A DNA stretch of 64,000 nucleotides. Source: an uncultured Bacillaceae bacterium. GTDB lineage: Bacteria > Bacillota > Bacilli > Bacillales > Caldibacillaceae. Below the pieces are notes generated by a model. The model saw nothing but the letters and a program-made list of their open reading frames with translations. It did no database searches and had not been told where the DNA came from. Each line of letters begins with the position of its first letter. Within the stretch, counting starts at the first letter, position 1. Location of the stretch: the NCBI GenBank assembly GCA_937983015.1, contig CALKAK010000126.1:77-64076 (forward strand), in the 5' to 3' direction. Of the stretch, positions 1-9,314 are shown one piece after another. A program made the position numbers and the translations under genes.

Positions 1-678
1 AACAACCATGTGAGGGATGGTGTTGATAACGATATCCGCATCTTCCACCGAGCTGTGAATATCCCGTAAATAAAAAGCTTCATAACCCATTTCTTCCGCC
101 CGGGCGATATGTTCCGACTTACGGGCGCCCACTTTCACTTTGGCCCCGAGGGCAGCGAATGTTCTCGCTACAGTCATACCGACCCGCCCCAGACCGAGAA
201 CGACCGTTTTCGAACCGTGAATGGTGAAATCGGTATGCTGAATGGCCATCATGATCGTGCCTTCCACGGTCGGAATCGAATTATAAATGGCCACATCATT
301 ACGTGAAAATAAAAGAACGAGTTTCCGATCGACCTCGGCCACGATCCGATCGAGATAATCGTTGGAGATTCCTGAATAAATTGTGCAGTGAGGTGGCGTT
401 TGTTCAAGAAACTTTTTATCAAGACGAACCGTTTCACTGGAAAAGATCGTTTCGATGTCACCATTTTCATCCGTTCCCGCAACAGGTAAGATCATGGCAT
501 CGATGGTTGCCGGATTCAGATCGCTTATTTTTTCCTTGACCGCGCCCGGAAAAAAATGATCGAATTGCTCAAAACCGATTAAAAAGACTTTGGCATCGAG
601 TTCGGTTAATTTACGGACGATCTCGATCTGGCGCGCATCACCGCCGAGGACGGCTACTTGCAGCCCGGTTAGCATCAT
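1..678 (-). CDS. dpaA: Dipicolinate synthase subunit A (SpoVFA/DpaA), first 226 codons. The 3' end lies beyond the window start.
   Basis: Absent from the ORF track because it runs off the edge. Reverse-complement reading from ATGATG at 678 gives MMLTGLQVAVLGGDARQIEIVRKLTE... and stays open to position 1 (...IHSSVEDADIVINTIPHMVV). It contains VLGLGRVG (Rossmann GxGxxG). A GGTGA SD lies upstream. It sits next to ymxH, as in B. subtilis. Confidence 0.85.
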   Translation of the reverse strand, partial: MMLTGLQVAVLGGDARQIEIVRKLTELDAKVFLIGFEQFDHFFPGAVKEKISDLNPATIDAMILPVAGTDENGDIETIFSSETVRLDKKFLEQTPPHCTIYSGISNDYLDRIVAEVDRKLVLLFSRNDVAIYNSIPTVEGTIMMAIQHTDFTIHGSKTVVLGLGRVGMTVARTFAALGAKVKVGARKSEHIARAEEMGYEAFYLRDIHSSVEDADIVINTIPHMVV

Positions 679-724
679 CGTTTCACCTACTTTTTCAAGC
701 TGCATGCATTCGGTCATTCTTCCC

Positions 725-752
725 TATAGTATGAAAGCCAGGTTTTTTCTGT
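725..752 (-). promoter_or_regulatory. Candidate sigma-K-type sporulation promoter for dpaA
   Basis: The minus strand reads cAC-17 nt-CATACTATA, against the sigma-K consensus AC-N16-17-CATAnnnTA. It lies about 45 nt upstream of the dpaA ATG. The B. subtilis spoVF operon is sigma-K dependent. This is a by-eye match only. Confidence 0.35.
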
Positions 753-787
753 GCTTGTGAGAAACAAAAGGGGTTGATCGGTTCTCA

Positions 788-814
788 AAATAAAAAATAC
801 CCCTAAGGGGTTAT
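788..814 (-). terminator. Rho-independent terminator after ymxH
   Basis: The minus strand has hairpin AACCCCTTAGGGGT followed by a TTTTTTATTTT run, about 20 nt after the ymxH stop. Confidence 0.6.
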
Positions 815-834
815 TCGTACGACAATCATCCTTT

Positions 835-1101
835 TTACAGGCGTTCCACATCATCATCACCAAAATCGATGATGATCATATCGGTACCGATTTTTTTAAT
901 ATATTTCCACGGAACGCGGATTTCACCGCCGCTCCGTTTGAACTGGAACCATTTACCGGTCGGGATGATTAACGCGACGATCTGCCCGGTTTCTTCGTTA
1001 ATTTCTAGATCGGCCTGACCGAGGATCCCGAGACGTTCCGCTTTTTTCACATCCACGATTTCTTTACCACCTAGTTCGCTTAAACGCACCATATTTTTCA
1101 C
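835..1101 (-). CDS. ymxH: YlmC/YmxH-family PRC-barrel sporulation protein
   Basis: 88-aa ORF (MKNMVRLSELGGKEIVDV...GEIRVPWKYIKKIG) typical of the YlmC/YmxH family. It lies between mlpA and dpaA, as in B. subtilis. Confidence 0.85.
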   Translation of the reverse strand: MKNMVRLSELGGKEIVDVKKAERLGILGQADLEINEETGQIVALIIPTGKWFQFKRSGGEIRVPWKYIKKIGTDMIIIDFGDDDVERL

Positions 1102-1265
1102 CCTTTCCTGTCCTTCTTTTATTAATTTATTTATGATCCCGCGTATTTAGAAGAACAGGGCAGTGATTTTTGAACACATGAGCCGCTTTCTGTTTTTACA
1201 TAAGCCTCTTAATTTGCTAACAGGCGACCAACCTTCGCGTGTTCGTCTCTCCTTTAGTGAAGTAT

Positions 1266-1314
1266 GCAAAAAATGAAAAACGCAAGCGAAAGAGTACATC
1301 CCCTTTGCTTGCGT
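1266..1314 (-). terminator. Rho-independent terminator after mlpA
   Basis: Minus strand: ACGCAAGCAAAG...CTTTCGCTTGCGT stem followed by TTTTCATTTTTT. Confidence 0.65.
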
Positions 1315-1349
1315 CAAGTTTAAAATAATCAAACATTAAAATCTTGTTA

Positions 1350-2582
1350 TTATATATGCAATCTCGCCTCATCCGGTGCGATTAAGGACAGGGAAAATTG
1401 ATCGGTAAATAGCTCTCGACAGACATCGTTCACTTCATCGATCGTCACGCGATCGATGATTTGAATCATCTCGTTAACCGATTTATGTTCTTCGAGTAAC
1501 AATTCATTTTTTCCATTCCGGCTCATCCGGCTTCCGGTACCTTCTGTACTGAGAACCAAATTTCCTTTGATTTGCTCCTTGCTATTTTCCAGCTCTTTTT
1601 CCGTCACACCATGTTGTTTCAAATCGTCCAGTATCTTAAAGATCGTCTCCACGAGAATATCGAGCTGGTTGACAGCAGTTCCCCCATAAATGGTGACGGT
1701 TCCGGTGTCCTCATAAGCGGAATGATAAGAATAAACCGAATAAGCTAATCCTCGTTCTTCGCGAATTTCCTGGAAGAGCCGGCTACTCATGCTGCCACCG
1801 AGAATATTATTGACGATGATTAACGGATAAATGCGTTGATCGCTGGCAGCATATCCTTTAAAGCCGATGCAAAGATGGGCCTGTTCGGTTTCCTTTGTAC
1901 GGATCAGCCGGTCTTTATGAAAAACAGGTTTCCGGTAATTTTCTTTCCGCTTTCCCCCTTCATAATAGCCGAATCGTTTTTCGACTTCGTAGATCAAGGC
2001 ATCATCGACATTCCCGGCAATAGAGATGACGACTTTATCCGGTGTATAGGTGTTGTACATGTATTCTTTCAACATGTCTTTCGTAAACGTGGCGAGTGTA
2101 TCCTCGGTACCCAAAATCGGGTACCCTAACGGATGATTGCCAAAGATCGCCTTCGTTAACAAGTCATGAACGATATCATCCGGTGTATCTTCGTACATCT
2201 TTATTTCTTCATAAACGACATTTTTTTCCTTGATCAATTCCTCTTCATCAAATGTGGAATTGAAAAACATGTCGGTTAAAATATCCAGTGCAAAAATAGC
2301 ATGATTATCCAGGACTTTCGCATAAAAACATGTGTACTCCTTGGTTGTAAACGCATTCACCTGTCCACCAATCCGGTCGAAACTTTCGGCGATTTCGCGG
2401 GCGGTTAAACTTTCCGTACCTTTAAAAAACATGTGTTCAAGGAAATGGGAGATCCCGTTTAAATCCGGGGGCTCATGCCGTGAACCTGTGTTTACGAAGA
2501 TCCCGATCGCCGCTGACCGGACATGAGGAATCTTTTCTAGAACTACGCGTACTCCATTGGGGCAAGTATACCGTGTTAACAA
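1350..2582 (-). CDS. mlpA: M16-family zinc peptidase (MlpA/YmxG-like)
   Basis: 410-aa ORF with the inverted zincin motif HFLEH (HxxEH). It has a TTG start preceded by AGGAGG at 8 nt. Synteny is ylxY-mlpA-ymxH. Confidence 0.85.
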   Translation of the reverse strand: MLTRYTCPNGVRVVLEKIPHVRSAAIGIFVNTGSRHEPPDLNGISHFLEHMFFKGTESLTAREIAESFDRIGGQVNAFTTKEYTCFYAKVLDNHAIFALDILTDMFFNSTFDEEELIKEKNVVYEEIKMYEDTPDDIVHDLLTKAIFGNHPLGYPILGTEDTLATFTKDMLKEYMYNTYTPDKVVISIAGNVDDALIYEVEKRFGYYEGGKRKENYRKPVFHKDRLIRTKETEQAHLCIGFKGYAASDQRIYPLIIVNNILGGSMSSRLFQEIREERGLAYSVYSYHSAYEDTGTVTIYGGTAVNQLDILVETIFKILDDLKQHGVTEKELENSKEQIKGNLVLSTEGTGSRMSRNGKNELLLEEHKSVNEMIQIIDRVTIDEVNDVCRELFTDQFSLSLIAPDEARLHI

Positions 2583-2674
2583 GGTGTGCTCCTCCTATTC
2601 TCACGATGCCAGAACATGTTGGCTTTCTAGACCGGGTCGAATTGATTGTAACAAATTCACACGTGAAGTGCCAA

Positions 2675-3649
2675 TTAATTTGTTTTAACTATAGTTTCGG
2701 GCCAATGTTCATCGAGTAATTCACCGACGGGAACGATCTTGTAACCTACGCTCTGCAATTTTAGAATCATCGGCTCCAATGCCGCCACCGTTGATTTTGT
2801 CGGATGCATGAGGATAATCGCGCCATTATGAACTTGTTTCGTCACCCGATCGATAATCGTCGACGGGGTCGGGTTTTGCCAGTCGATCGTATCGACCGTC
2901 CACATGATCGTTTCCATCCCCAATTCACTGGCGATCTTTACGACCTCTTCGTTATAACTGCCACTTGGCGGAGCGAACCACTGCACTTCTTGTTCTGTTG
3001 TTGCCTTGATCACAACGTTTGTGTCGGTCAATTCTTTAATAATCTGTTCTCGGTTTAACGTCCGCATATCTGGATGTGAATAGGAATGGTTACCAATCTC
3101 GTGCCCGCCATCGGCGATTATCTTCACCAAATCGGGATTTTGTTTCGCCCAGCGACCTTCGACAAAAAATGTAATATGGAGATGGTATTTTTTCAAAGTC
3201 GAAAGGAGTGGTGATAAGTACTCATTTCCCCAGGCAACATTAACCGTGAAAGCAACTTGTGGTTTTTCCGCCAGCCCACGATAGATCGGTGCCGGTGGAA
3301 GGTCCTTTAAAGAAACCCGTGGTGGTATTTCTTCGAAAACGAGATCGTTTTCATCGAAATAGCCATTCGCTTTCATCTTTTCATAAGAAGCATCGATATC
3401 GACACGCAATCCTGCCAGTCCAGGCATCTTCTTCCATACGGGATCAATTCGTGCATCGATCGGTTCTTTTTCATATTGAGCTTTTTTGGCAACGATCTCC
3501 ATATATAGAGAATCTTCGACACTGGTTACCGGTACGGCATCCGCTTTTAATTTCGCAATATACAATTCGGTCAAGGGATTGTCCACCAATACAATCCCCA
3601 CTAGAAGTGAAATCAATACTATGGTCAAATGGCGGTGCGTCGATTTCAT
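2675..3649 (-). CDS. ylxY: Polysaccharide deacetylase-family sporulation protein (YlxY-like)
   Basis: N-terminal TM segment plus a NodB-type deacetylase core (HITFFVEG...IGNHSYSHP). The start was moved to the ATG at 3649 (M8 of the track ORF), which follows GGGGGA. Confidence 0.8.
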   Translation of the reverse strand: MKSTHRHLTIVLISLLVGIVLVDNPLTELYIAKLKADAVPVTSVEDSLYMEIVAKKAQYEKEPIDARIDPVWKKMPGLAGLRVDIDASYEKMKANGYFDENDLVFEEIPPRVSLKDLPPAPIYRGLAEKPQVAFTVNVAWGNEYLSPLLSTLKKYHLHITFFVEGRWAKQNPDLVKIIADGGHEIGNHSYSHPDMRTLNREQIIKELTDTNVVIKATTEQEVQWFAPPSGSYNEEVVKIASELGMETIMWTVDTIDWQNPTPSTIIDRVTKQVHNGAIILMHPTKSTVAALEPMILKLQSVGYKIVPVGELLDEHWPETIVKTN

Positions 3650-3737
3650 TCCCCATCCCCCCATTATCAAAATATGTTATGTAGGGACAGGGTAGACCAT
3701 CAATTCATCCGCACCCAATTTATGTTTAACCACTTTT

Positions 3738-3774
3738 GAAAAATAAAAAGGACCAGCTCGTTACGAGTTAGTCC
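3738..3774 (-). terminator. Terminator after pnp
   Basis: Minus strand: GGACTAACTCG-TAA-CGAGCTGGTCC (imperfect stem) followed by TTTTTATTTTTC. Confidence 0.55.
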
Positions 3775-3799
3775 ATTTGGTGGTGAGGTACAGAAGACA

Positions 3800-5926
3800 T
3801 CATCTTCTGCTTTTAGTCCTAGGTTTTCTTTTCTTGCGTTCACGAAGAACGGCTTTACGGGATAAATTGATGCGGTCGTGCTTGTCTATTTCGATTACTT
3901 TCACAAGCACTTCATCGCCGATGTTAACGACATCTTCTACACGGTTCACCCGTTCTTCCGCCAGTTCGGAAATATGGATGAGCCCTTCTTTACCGTGGAA
4001 GAGTTCTACGAAAGCACCGAATTTTTCAATGCGGGTAACCGTACCTAGATAATAATCGCCGACTTTTACTTCACGGACGATATCTTCGATCATTCTCTGG
4101 GCCCGCTTGTTCTGTTCCATATCCATAGACGAAATATAGATCGTTCCGTCCTGTTCGATATCGATTTTAACACCCGTTTCATCGATGATGTCTTTTACGT
4201 GGCGACCACTCGGTCCGATCACATCACCGATTTTATCCGGATTGATGACCATCGTGATGATCTTCGGCGCATATGGTGACAGGTGCGGACGGGGTTTGTC
4301 GATCGTTTCCATCATATGATCGAGAATCTGCAGACGACCTCTGCGAGCCTGTTGAAGAGCCTCTTCTAATATATCCTTATCGAGTCCTTCGATTTTAATA
4401 TCCATCTGTAAGGCGGTGACCCCTTTACGTGTCCCGGCCACTTTAAAGTCCATATCGCCGAGGGCGTCTTCAATTCCCTGGATATCCGTCAAAATTGTGT
4501 AATGTTCACCGTTCTTCACAAGACCCATGGCGATTCCCGCAACCGGAGCTTTGATCGGTACACCGGCATCCATCAAGGCTAGAGTGGAACCGCAAATACT
4601 TGCCTGGGATGTGGAACCGTTTGATTCCAGTACTTCGGAAACAAGACGGATGGTGTAAGGAAATTCCTTCTCGGATGGAATGACCGGTTCTAACGCACGT
4701 TCACCAAGGTTACCGTGTCCGATCTCCCGACGACCCGGTCCACGAATAGGTCCCGTCTCACCAACGGAGAAATGCGGGAAGTTGTAATGGTGCATGAACC
4801 GTTTCGACTCTTCCAGGCCGAGACCATCGAGAATCTGCACATCGCCTAGCGCACCAAGGGTACATACCGTCATTACCTGGGTCTGACCGCGGGTGAATAA
4901 ACCGGATCCGTGTGCACGCGGCAGAACCCCAACTCTTGAAGAAAGCGGTCTGATCTCATCGGCTTTACGCCCATCGGGACGCACTTTTTCCACCGTAATC
5001 AAACGGCGAACTTCCTCTTTTAAAATGTTTTCCAGAATTTGTTTTACTTGCTTAATGACGTCTTCCTCTGCTTCTTCTTCCTCATATTTGGCGATGACCC
5101 GTTCTTTTACTTCATCAATCGCCGCTTCACGGGCGAGTTTTTCCGGTACCTGAATGGCCTCGATCATGTCAGCCTCACACATTTCGCGCACTTCCGCTTC
5201 AAGTTCCGGATCGATTTCAACAGGTGTGAATTCCATTTTCTCCTGTCCACACTGAGCGATAATTTCTTCCTGGAAGGCGATGAGGCGTTTAATTTCTTCA
5301 TGCCCGAACATGATCGCATCAAGAATCACTTCTTCTGGAACTTCATTGGCCTTTGCTTCCACCATGTTGACAGCATCTTTTGTTCCGGCCACGATCAGCT
5401 GCAAATCACTTTTTTCCGCCTGTTCCACGGTTGGATTGATGACGAACTCTCCATCGACACGCCCGACTTCCACGCCAGCGATCGGACCATTAAAAGGGAT
5501 ATCCGAAATGCATAAAGCAATAGAGGATCCAAGCATAGCGGCTATTTCCGTGGAACAGTTTTGATCCACGCTCATAACGAGATCCACGATCTGCACTTCA
5601 TGACGAAAGCCATCCGGAAATAATGGACGAATCGGCCGATCAATCAGGCGGCTGGCAAGGATCGCCTCTTCACTCGGACGGCCTTCCCGCTTGATAAAAC
5701 CACCAGGGATTTTCCCGACCGCATAAAGCCGTTCTTCATAGTTAACGGTTAGCGGAAAGAAATCAACATCTTTCGGCTCTTTAGAAGCCGTTGCCGTACA
5801 TAATACTGCACTATCCCCATAGCGAACCAGGCAAGCGCCGTTAGCCTGTTTGGCCAATTCCCCGATTTCTACCGTAAGGGGACGCCCTGCCCAGTTCATG
5901 GAAAAGACACGTTTGCCATTCTCCAT
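3800..5926 (-). CDS. pnp: Polyribonucleotide nucleotidyltransferase (PNPase)
   Basis: 708 aa with two RNase PH domains and C-terminal KH and S1 domains (...[20 protein letters not shown]...). Located downstream of rpsO. Confidence 0.97.
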   Translation of the reverse strand: MENGKRVFSMNWAGRPLTVEIGELAKQANGACLVRYGDSAVLCTATASKEPKDVDFFPLTVNYEERLYAVGKIPGGFIKREGRPSEEAILASRLIDRPIRPLFPDGFRHEVQIVDLVMSVDQNCSTEIAAMLGSSIALCISDIPFNGPIAGVEVGRVDGEFVINPTVEQAEKSDLQLIVAGTKDAVNMVEAKANEVPEEVILDAIMFGHEEIKRLIAFQEEIIAQCGQEKMEFTPVEIDPELEAEVREMCEADMIEAIQVPEKLAREAAIDEVKERVIAKYEEEEAEEDVIKQVKQILENILKEEVRRLITVEKVRPDGRKADEIRPLSSRVGVLPRAHGSGLFTRGQTQVMTVCTLGALGDVQILDGLGLEESKRFMHHYNFPHFSVGETGPIRGPGRREIGHGNLGERALEPVIPSEKEFPYTIRLVSEVLESNGSTSQASICGSTLALMDAGVPIKAPVAGIAMGLVKNGEHYTILTDIQGIEDALGDMDFKVAGTRKGVTALQMDIKIEGLDKDILEEALQQARRGRLQILDHMMETIDKPRPHLSPYAPKIITMVINPDKIGDVIGPSGRHVKDIIDETGVKIDIEQDGTIYISSMDMEQNKRAQRMIEDIVREVKVGDYYLGTVTRIEKFGAFVELFHGKEGLIHISELAEERVNRVEDVVNIGDEVLVKVIEIDKHDRINLSRKAVLRERKKRKPRTKSRR

Positions 5927-6212
5927 CTAGATCTATACACCTCTCTCACATACTCTTTCTCGTTCGTTATAAAAAAGCTAGATGACAGTAATATTGTAAA
6001 CACTTGCTGAAGTGTCATAAACGTTAAGTTTTGGTACCATATCAAGTATAATGGAAAATCCCATCCTTTGACTAGTTAAAGTTTCAATTATATGTATTTT
6101 CAAGACAGGGCTTTAAAAAAGATTTCCAAGGGGATGGACAGCTCCCGATTGAAAAGGACGGGAAAAGCTGTTGATTAGCTGCAAAAATATACTTTTTAAA
6201 ATTTATCTAACA

Positions 6213-6236
6213 AAAAAGCGGGAATTTTCCCGCTTT
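6213..6236 (-). terminator. Terminator or attenuator after rpsO, ahead of the pnp leader
   Basis: Perfect hairpin AAAAGCGGGAAAATTCCCGCTTTT directly after the rpsO stop, followed on the minus strand by TTTTTGTT. Confidence 0.7.
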
Positions 6237-6238
6237 TC

Positions 6239-6508
6239 TTACCGACGTAATCCAAGTTTGTTGACTAATTCACGGTAACGTTGTGGATCTTTGTTCCGTA
6301 AATACGTTAACAAGTTCCGGCGACGTCCGATCATCTTCATCAAGCCACGCCGTGAATGGTTGTCCTTTTTGTGGACTTTTAAGTGTTCGTTCAAATTATT
6401 GATTTGCTCTGTTAAAAGAGCTACTTGAACTTCCGGAGAACCGGTGTCATTCTCGTGGATTTTGAATTGTTCGATGATCTCTTTTTTACGCTCTGGTGTT
6501 AATGCCAT
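6239..6508 (-). CDS. rpsO: 30S ribosomal protein S15
   Basis: 89 aa, [43 protein letters not shown]..., canonical S15. Confidence 0.97.
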   Translation of the reverse strand: MALTPERKKEIIEQFKIHENDTGSPEVQVALLTEQINNLNEHLKVHKKDNHSRRGLMKMIGRRRNLLTYLRNKDPQRYRELVNKLGLRR

Positions 6509-6630
6509 GTCTGTTCACCTCCTGATTATCAAATCCCCTTTTCCCGAGAAAGCGTCGGAGTGCTCGCTTTACCAAGGAAAGGTTCATAGAGTACGCTATT
6601 TAGAATACTATTTTTTTATAGAAAATGCAA
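6509..6630 (-). promoter_or_regulatory. rpsO promoter plus a roughly 90-nt leader (candidate S15 autoregulatory leader)
   Basis: Minus strand: TTGCAT (6630-6625), 17 nt, TATTCT (6607-6602). The leader contains paired segments such as CGAG...CTCG before the AGGAGG SD. S15 is known to bind its own leader in Geobacillus. The structure was not verified here. Confidence 0.45.
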
Positions 6631-6667
6631 GTAATCACTGAAGAAAAAGCGGGTTTATAAAGTATTT

Positions 6668-7621
6668 TTATGCTCGCAAACGAGTAAAATAGTCGCGTGC
6701 CTCTTTTTCATCACGTTCCATCTGTGTGATCAAATCACTAACATCGGTGAATTTCAATTCTTCGCGCTGGAATTTATGCCATTCCAAAATCACCTGTTCA
6801 CCGTAAATCGTATCAGAAAAATCGAATAGATAGATCTCAACAAATGGGCGTTCCGCCACTTCATTAAAGGTAGGATTCGTACCGATATTCAACACACCAT
6901 CGTACCATCTTCCTTTTACAAAGAGTCGGGCGGCGTACACTCCATATTTTTCCGGTAAAATATAGCGAGGATCAATATCCAGATTTGCCGTAGGAAACCC
7001 GAGTTTTTTTCCCCGCTGTTTCCCCGGGATCACTTGCGCTCTATGGCTAAAGAAACGGCCCAAGTATTTGGGCACTTCGGACACATTTCCTTCCTTGATG
7101 AGCTGACGTATGTAGGTCGAGCTAATTTTTTGCCCGTTCATCGTTACCGCACCGACTGCCGTCTGACCAAAACGTCCCCGACTATGAATCTTCAATGTTT
7201 CCATATTTCCTTTGCCAAATTTTCCGTATGTAAAATCAAATCCGGCGATCACATGTTGAACATTCAAGCCCACGATATATTCTTCGACAAATGTTTCAGG
7301 GGACTTTTGGGCAAATTCCCTCGTAAACGGTACGACAAAACTGTAGTCGATCCCTAACCGTTCAATCTGTTGAATCTTTTCATCGAGTAGGGTGATATAA
7401 CGGACATCATCCCCATTTTTCCCAAGTACTTCCTTTGGCGAAGGATGGAAAAACATGACCGCACTTTTCCATCCGTTTTCAATCGCGATCTCTTTCGCTT
7501 TACCTATCACCTGTTGATGACCAAGATGAACCCCATCAAAATAACCGATGGCCATCGCCAAAGGCGGGAGCTGATGTTCTTTAGGATCATTTAAATGAAT
7601 GACTTCCACTTCTTTTCGCAC
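6668..7621 (-). CDS. ribF: Bifunctional riboflavin kinase / FMN adenylyltransferase
   Basis: 317 aa with IGYFDGVHLGHQ and GFPTANL motifs. It follows truB, as ribC does in B. subtilis. Confidence 0.95.
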   Translation of the reverse strand: MRKEVEVIHLNDPKEHQLPPLAMAIGYFDGVHLGHQQVIGKAKEIAIENGWKSAVMFFHPSPKEVLGKNGDDVRYITLLDEKIQQIERLGIDYSFVVPFTREFAQKSPETFVEEYIVGLNVQHVIAGFDFTYGKFGKGNMETLKIHSRGRFGQTAVGAVTMNGQKISSTYIRQLIKEGNVSEVPKYLGRFFSHRAQVIPGKQRGKKLGFPTANLDIDPRYILPEKYGVYAARLFVKGRWYDGVLNIGTNPTFNEVAERPFVEIYLFDFSDTIYGEQVILEWHKFQREELKFTDVSDLITQMERDEKEARDYFTRLRA

Positions 7622-7624
7622 CTT

Positions 7625-8542
7625 TCATTCGTTTACCTGTAAAACCCGGGCCGGTTTCATCAATCCCGGTTTGTCAGGATGTTTCTTGTAGATAGCGATA
7701 ATTTTCCCAGCATGGTACATTGCGATCGGTTGTTCACTGACATTCTCTAAAAATGCGGGGATCTTGAGGACACGACCATTCTTTACTTGCCGGGCAAGGG
7801 CATCGTTCATTTCAAATCGTGGCAAATGCTTGAGAACCTCTTCTATTGGAAGGAGTGCTCCGGCAATCGTCCCCTCCGCCACCTTCTCTTCGATTTCCGG
7901 AAATGTGAGGCACTTTTCTTGATCGATCCCCGCAGAAACGGTGCGGACAAGCTTTGACATATGGGCGGGATAACCAAGCCGCTCCCCTATCATCACCGCC
8001 AAGGTGCGGATATATGTACCCTTTCCACAATCGACCTCTATGGAAAAACGAAGCGGATCGCCGCTAAAATATTCTTGATCATCGAGAAGTTTTAGCCTGT
8101 ATATGTTCACCTTTCGACGTGGTCGTTCTACTTCGATTCCTTTCCGAGCATATTCGTATAAAGGTCTTCCTTTCACTTTGACACTAGAGTACATCGGAGG
8201 GATTTGTTCGATTTCCCCGGTTAGGGAAGCAAGGACTCTTTCAATCTCGTCACGGGTGAACGTTTTATCGACCTTTTTTTGTGAGACGATTTCACCATCG
8301 GCATCTTCCGTAGTTGTCGCGATGCCAATCGTCACTTCCGCCCGGTAACTTTTCCCCATTTCCGTAACGAATTGGGCAATTTTTGTGGCACGACCGATAC
8401 ACATCGGTAACACCCCTTCCACACCTGGGTCGAGGGTGCCGGTATGGCCGATCTTTTTGGTTTTTAGGATCCGGCGCAATTTTACAACACAATCGTGGGA
8501 GGTCATGCCAGCTGGTTTCCAAAGTGGTAAAATCCCGTCCAT
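7625..8542 (-). CDS. truB: tRNA pseudouridine-55 synthase
   Basis: 305 aa with the GHTGTLDP catalytic-Asp motif. Confidence 0.95.
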   Translation of the reverse strand: MDGILPLWKPAGMTSHDCVVKLRRILKTKKIGHTGTLDPGVEGVLPMCIGRATKIAQFVTEMGKSYRAEVTIGIATTTEDADGEIVSQKKVDKTFTRDEIERVLASLTGEIEQIPPMYSSVKVKGRPLYEYARKGIEVERPRRKVNIYRLKLLDDQEYFSGDPLRFSIEVDCGKGTYIRTLAVMIGERLGYPAHMSKLVRTVSAGIDQEKCLTFPEIEEKVAEGTIAGALLPIEEVLKHLPRFEMNDALARQVKNGRVLKIPAFLENVSEQPIAMYHAGKIIAIYKKHPDKPGLMKPARVLQVNE

Positions 8543-8659
8543 AGACTTTCTTCTCCTGTTTCCATTGTTAATACGACCACCTGAAGATCGATATAAGAAA
8601 TGTCCAGTTGGTAAGACTTGTTTTTTAAGAAGAAAGAGGATGGACAGGCCACCCTCTCA

Positions 8660-9031
8660 CTACGTTTCATCTTTGGAACCTTCTTCACGAGAGATCTGTT
8701 TGATCAGCGCTTCAATGCGGTTTCCGTACTCGATGGATTCATCATATTTAAAGAAGATCTCTGGTGTTTTTCTTAGGCGGATGCGGTGGCCGATTTCGGA
8801 ACGAATAAACCCTTTCGCTTTATTTAAACCGATGAGAGTTTCTTCCCTTTCTTTTTCACTACCTAAAACGGTAATATAGACCGTTGCTTGTTGTAGATCA
8901 CCGGTCACTTCCACATCGGTTACGGTCACAAAGCCGATTCGCGGATCCTTAACTTTTCGCGATATAATGTCGCTCAACTCTTTTTTCATCTGTTCGCCAA
9001 CTTGACGTGGACGGATTTTCACTGCCATCAC
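8660..9031 (-). CDS. rbfA: Ribosome-binding factor A
   Basis: 123 aa, [14 protein letters not shown]...[13 protein letters not shown], RbfA family. An imperfect hairpin (AGAGGGTGG-CCTGT-CCATCCTCT) lies 3' of it, around 8628-8655. Confidence 0.93.
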   Translation of the reverse strand: MMAVKIRPRQVGEQMKKELSDIISRKVKDPRIGFVTVTDVEVTGDLQQATVYITVLGSEKEREETLIGLNKAKGFIRSEIGHRIRLRKTPEIFFKYDESIEYGNRIEALIKQISREEGSKDET

Positions 9032-9035
9032 CTCA

Positions 9036-9314
9036 CTACAGCCACTCGTAGTTAGTTGTGGTCCTTTCGATTTCGGGAAATGAGTCGATAAAATGGATTA
9101 CTTTCTGCATTTCCCTTTCCGCTACTACCTTAGAGGAGGCTACTGTCACGATCGAAAGGGCCGTGCGCTGCCATAATTCTTGATAATCCATCTCACAGAT
9201 GGCAACATTAAAGCGCTGTTTGATTCTCGTGATGATCCGCTGCAGGATCGCTCTTTTTTCTTTCAAGGACTGCACATCGTAAATCAAACATTCCACATGC
9301 ATGGAGAGGATCAT
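9036..9314 (-). CDS. ylxP: DUF503 protein (YlxP-like)
   Basis: 92-aa ORF between infB and rbfA, with a 4-nt overlap with the infB stop, matching B. subtilis ylxP. Confidence 0.8.
   Translation of the reverse strand: MILSMHVECLIYDVQSLKEKRAILQRIITRIKQRFNVAICEMDYQELWQRTALSIVTVASSKVVAEREMQKVIHFIDSFPEIERTTTNYEWL

Noticed and set aside
1147-1332. 61-aa minus-strand ORF in the mlpA-ymxH spacer.
   Set aside because: It spans the mlpA terminator hairpin, has no SD, and has a Cys/Lys/Arg-rich composition with no family resemblance. It is most likely non-coding promoter and leader sequence for ymxH.
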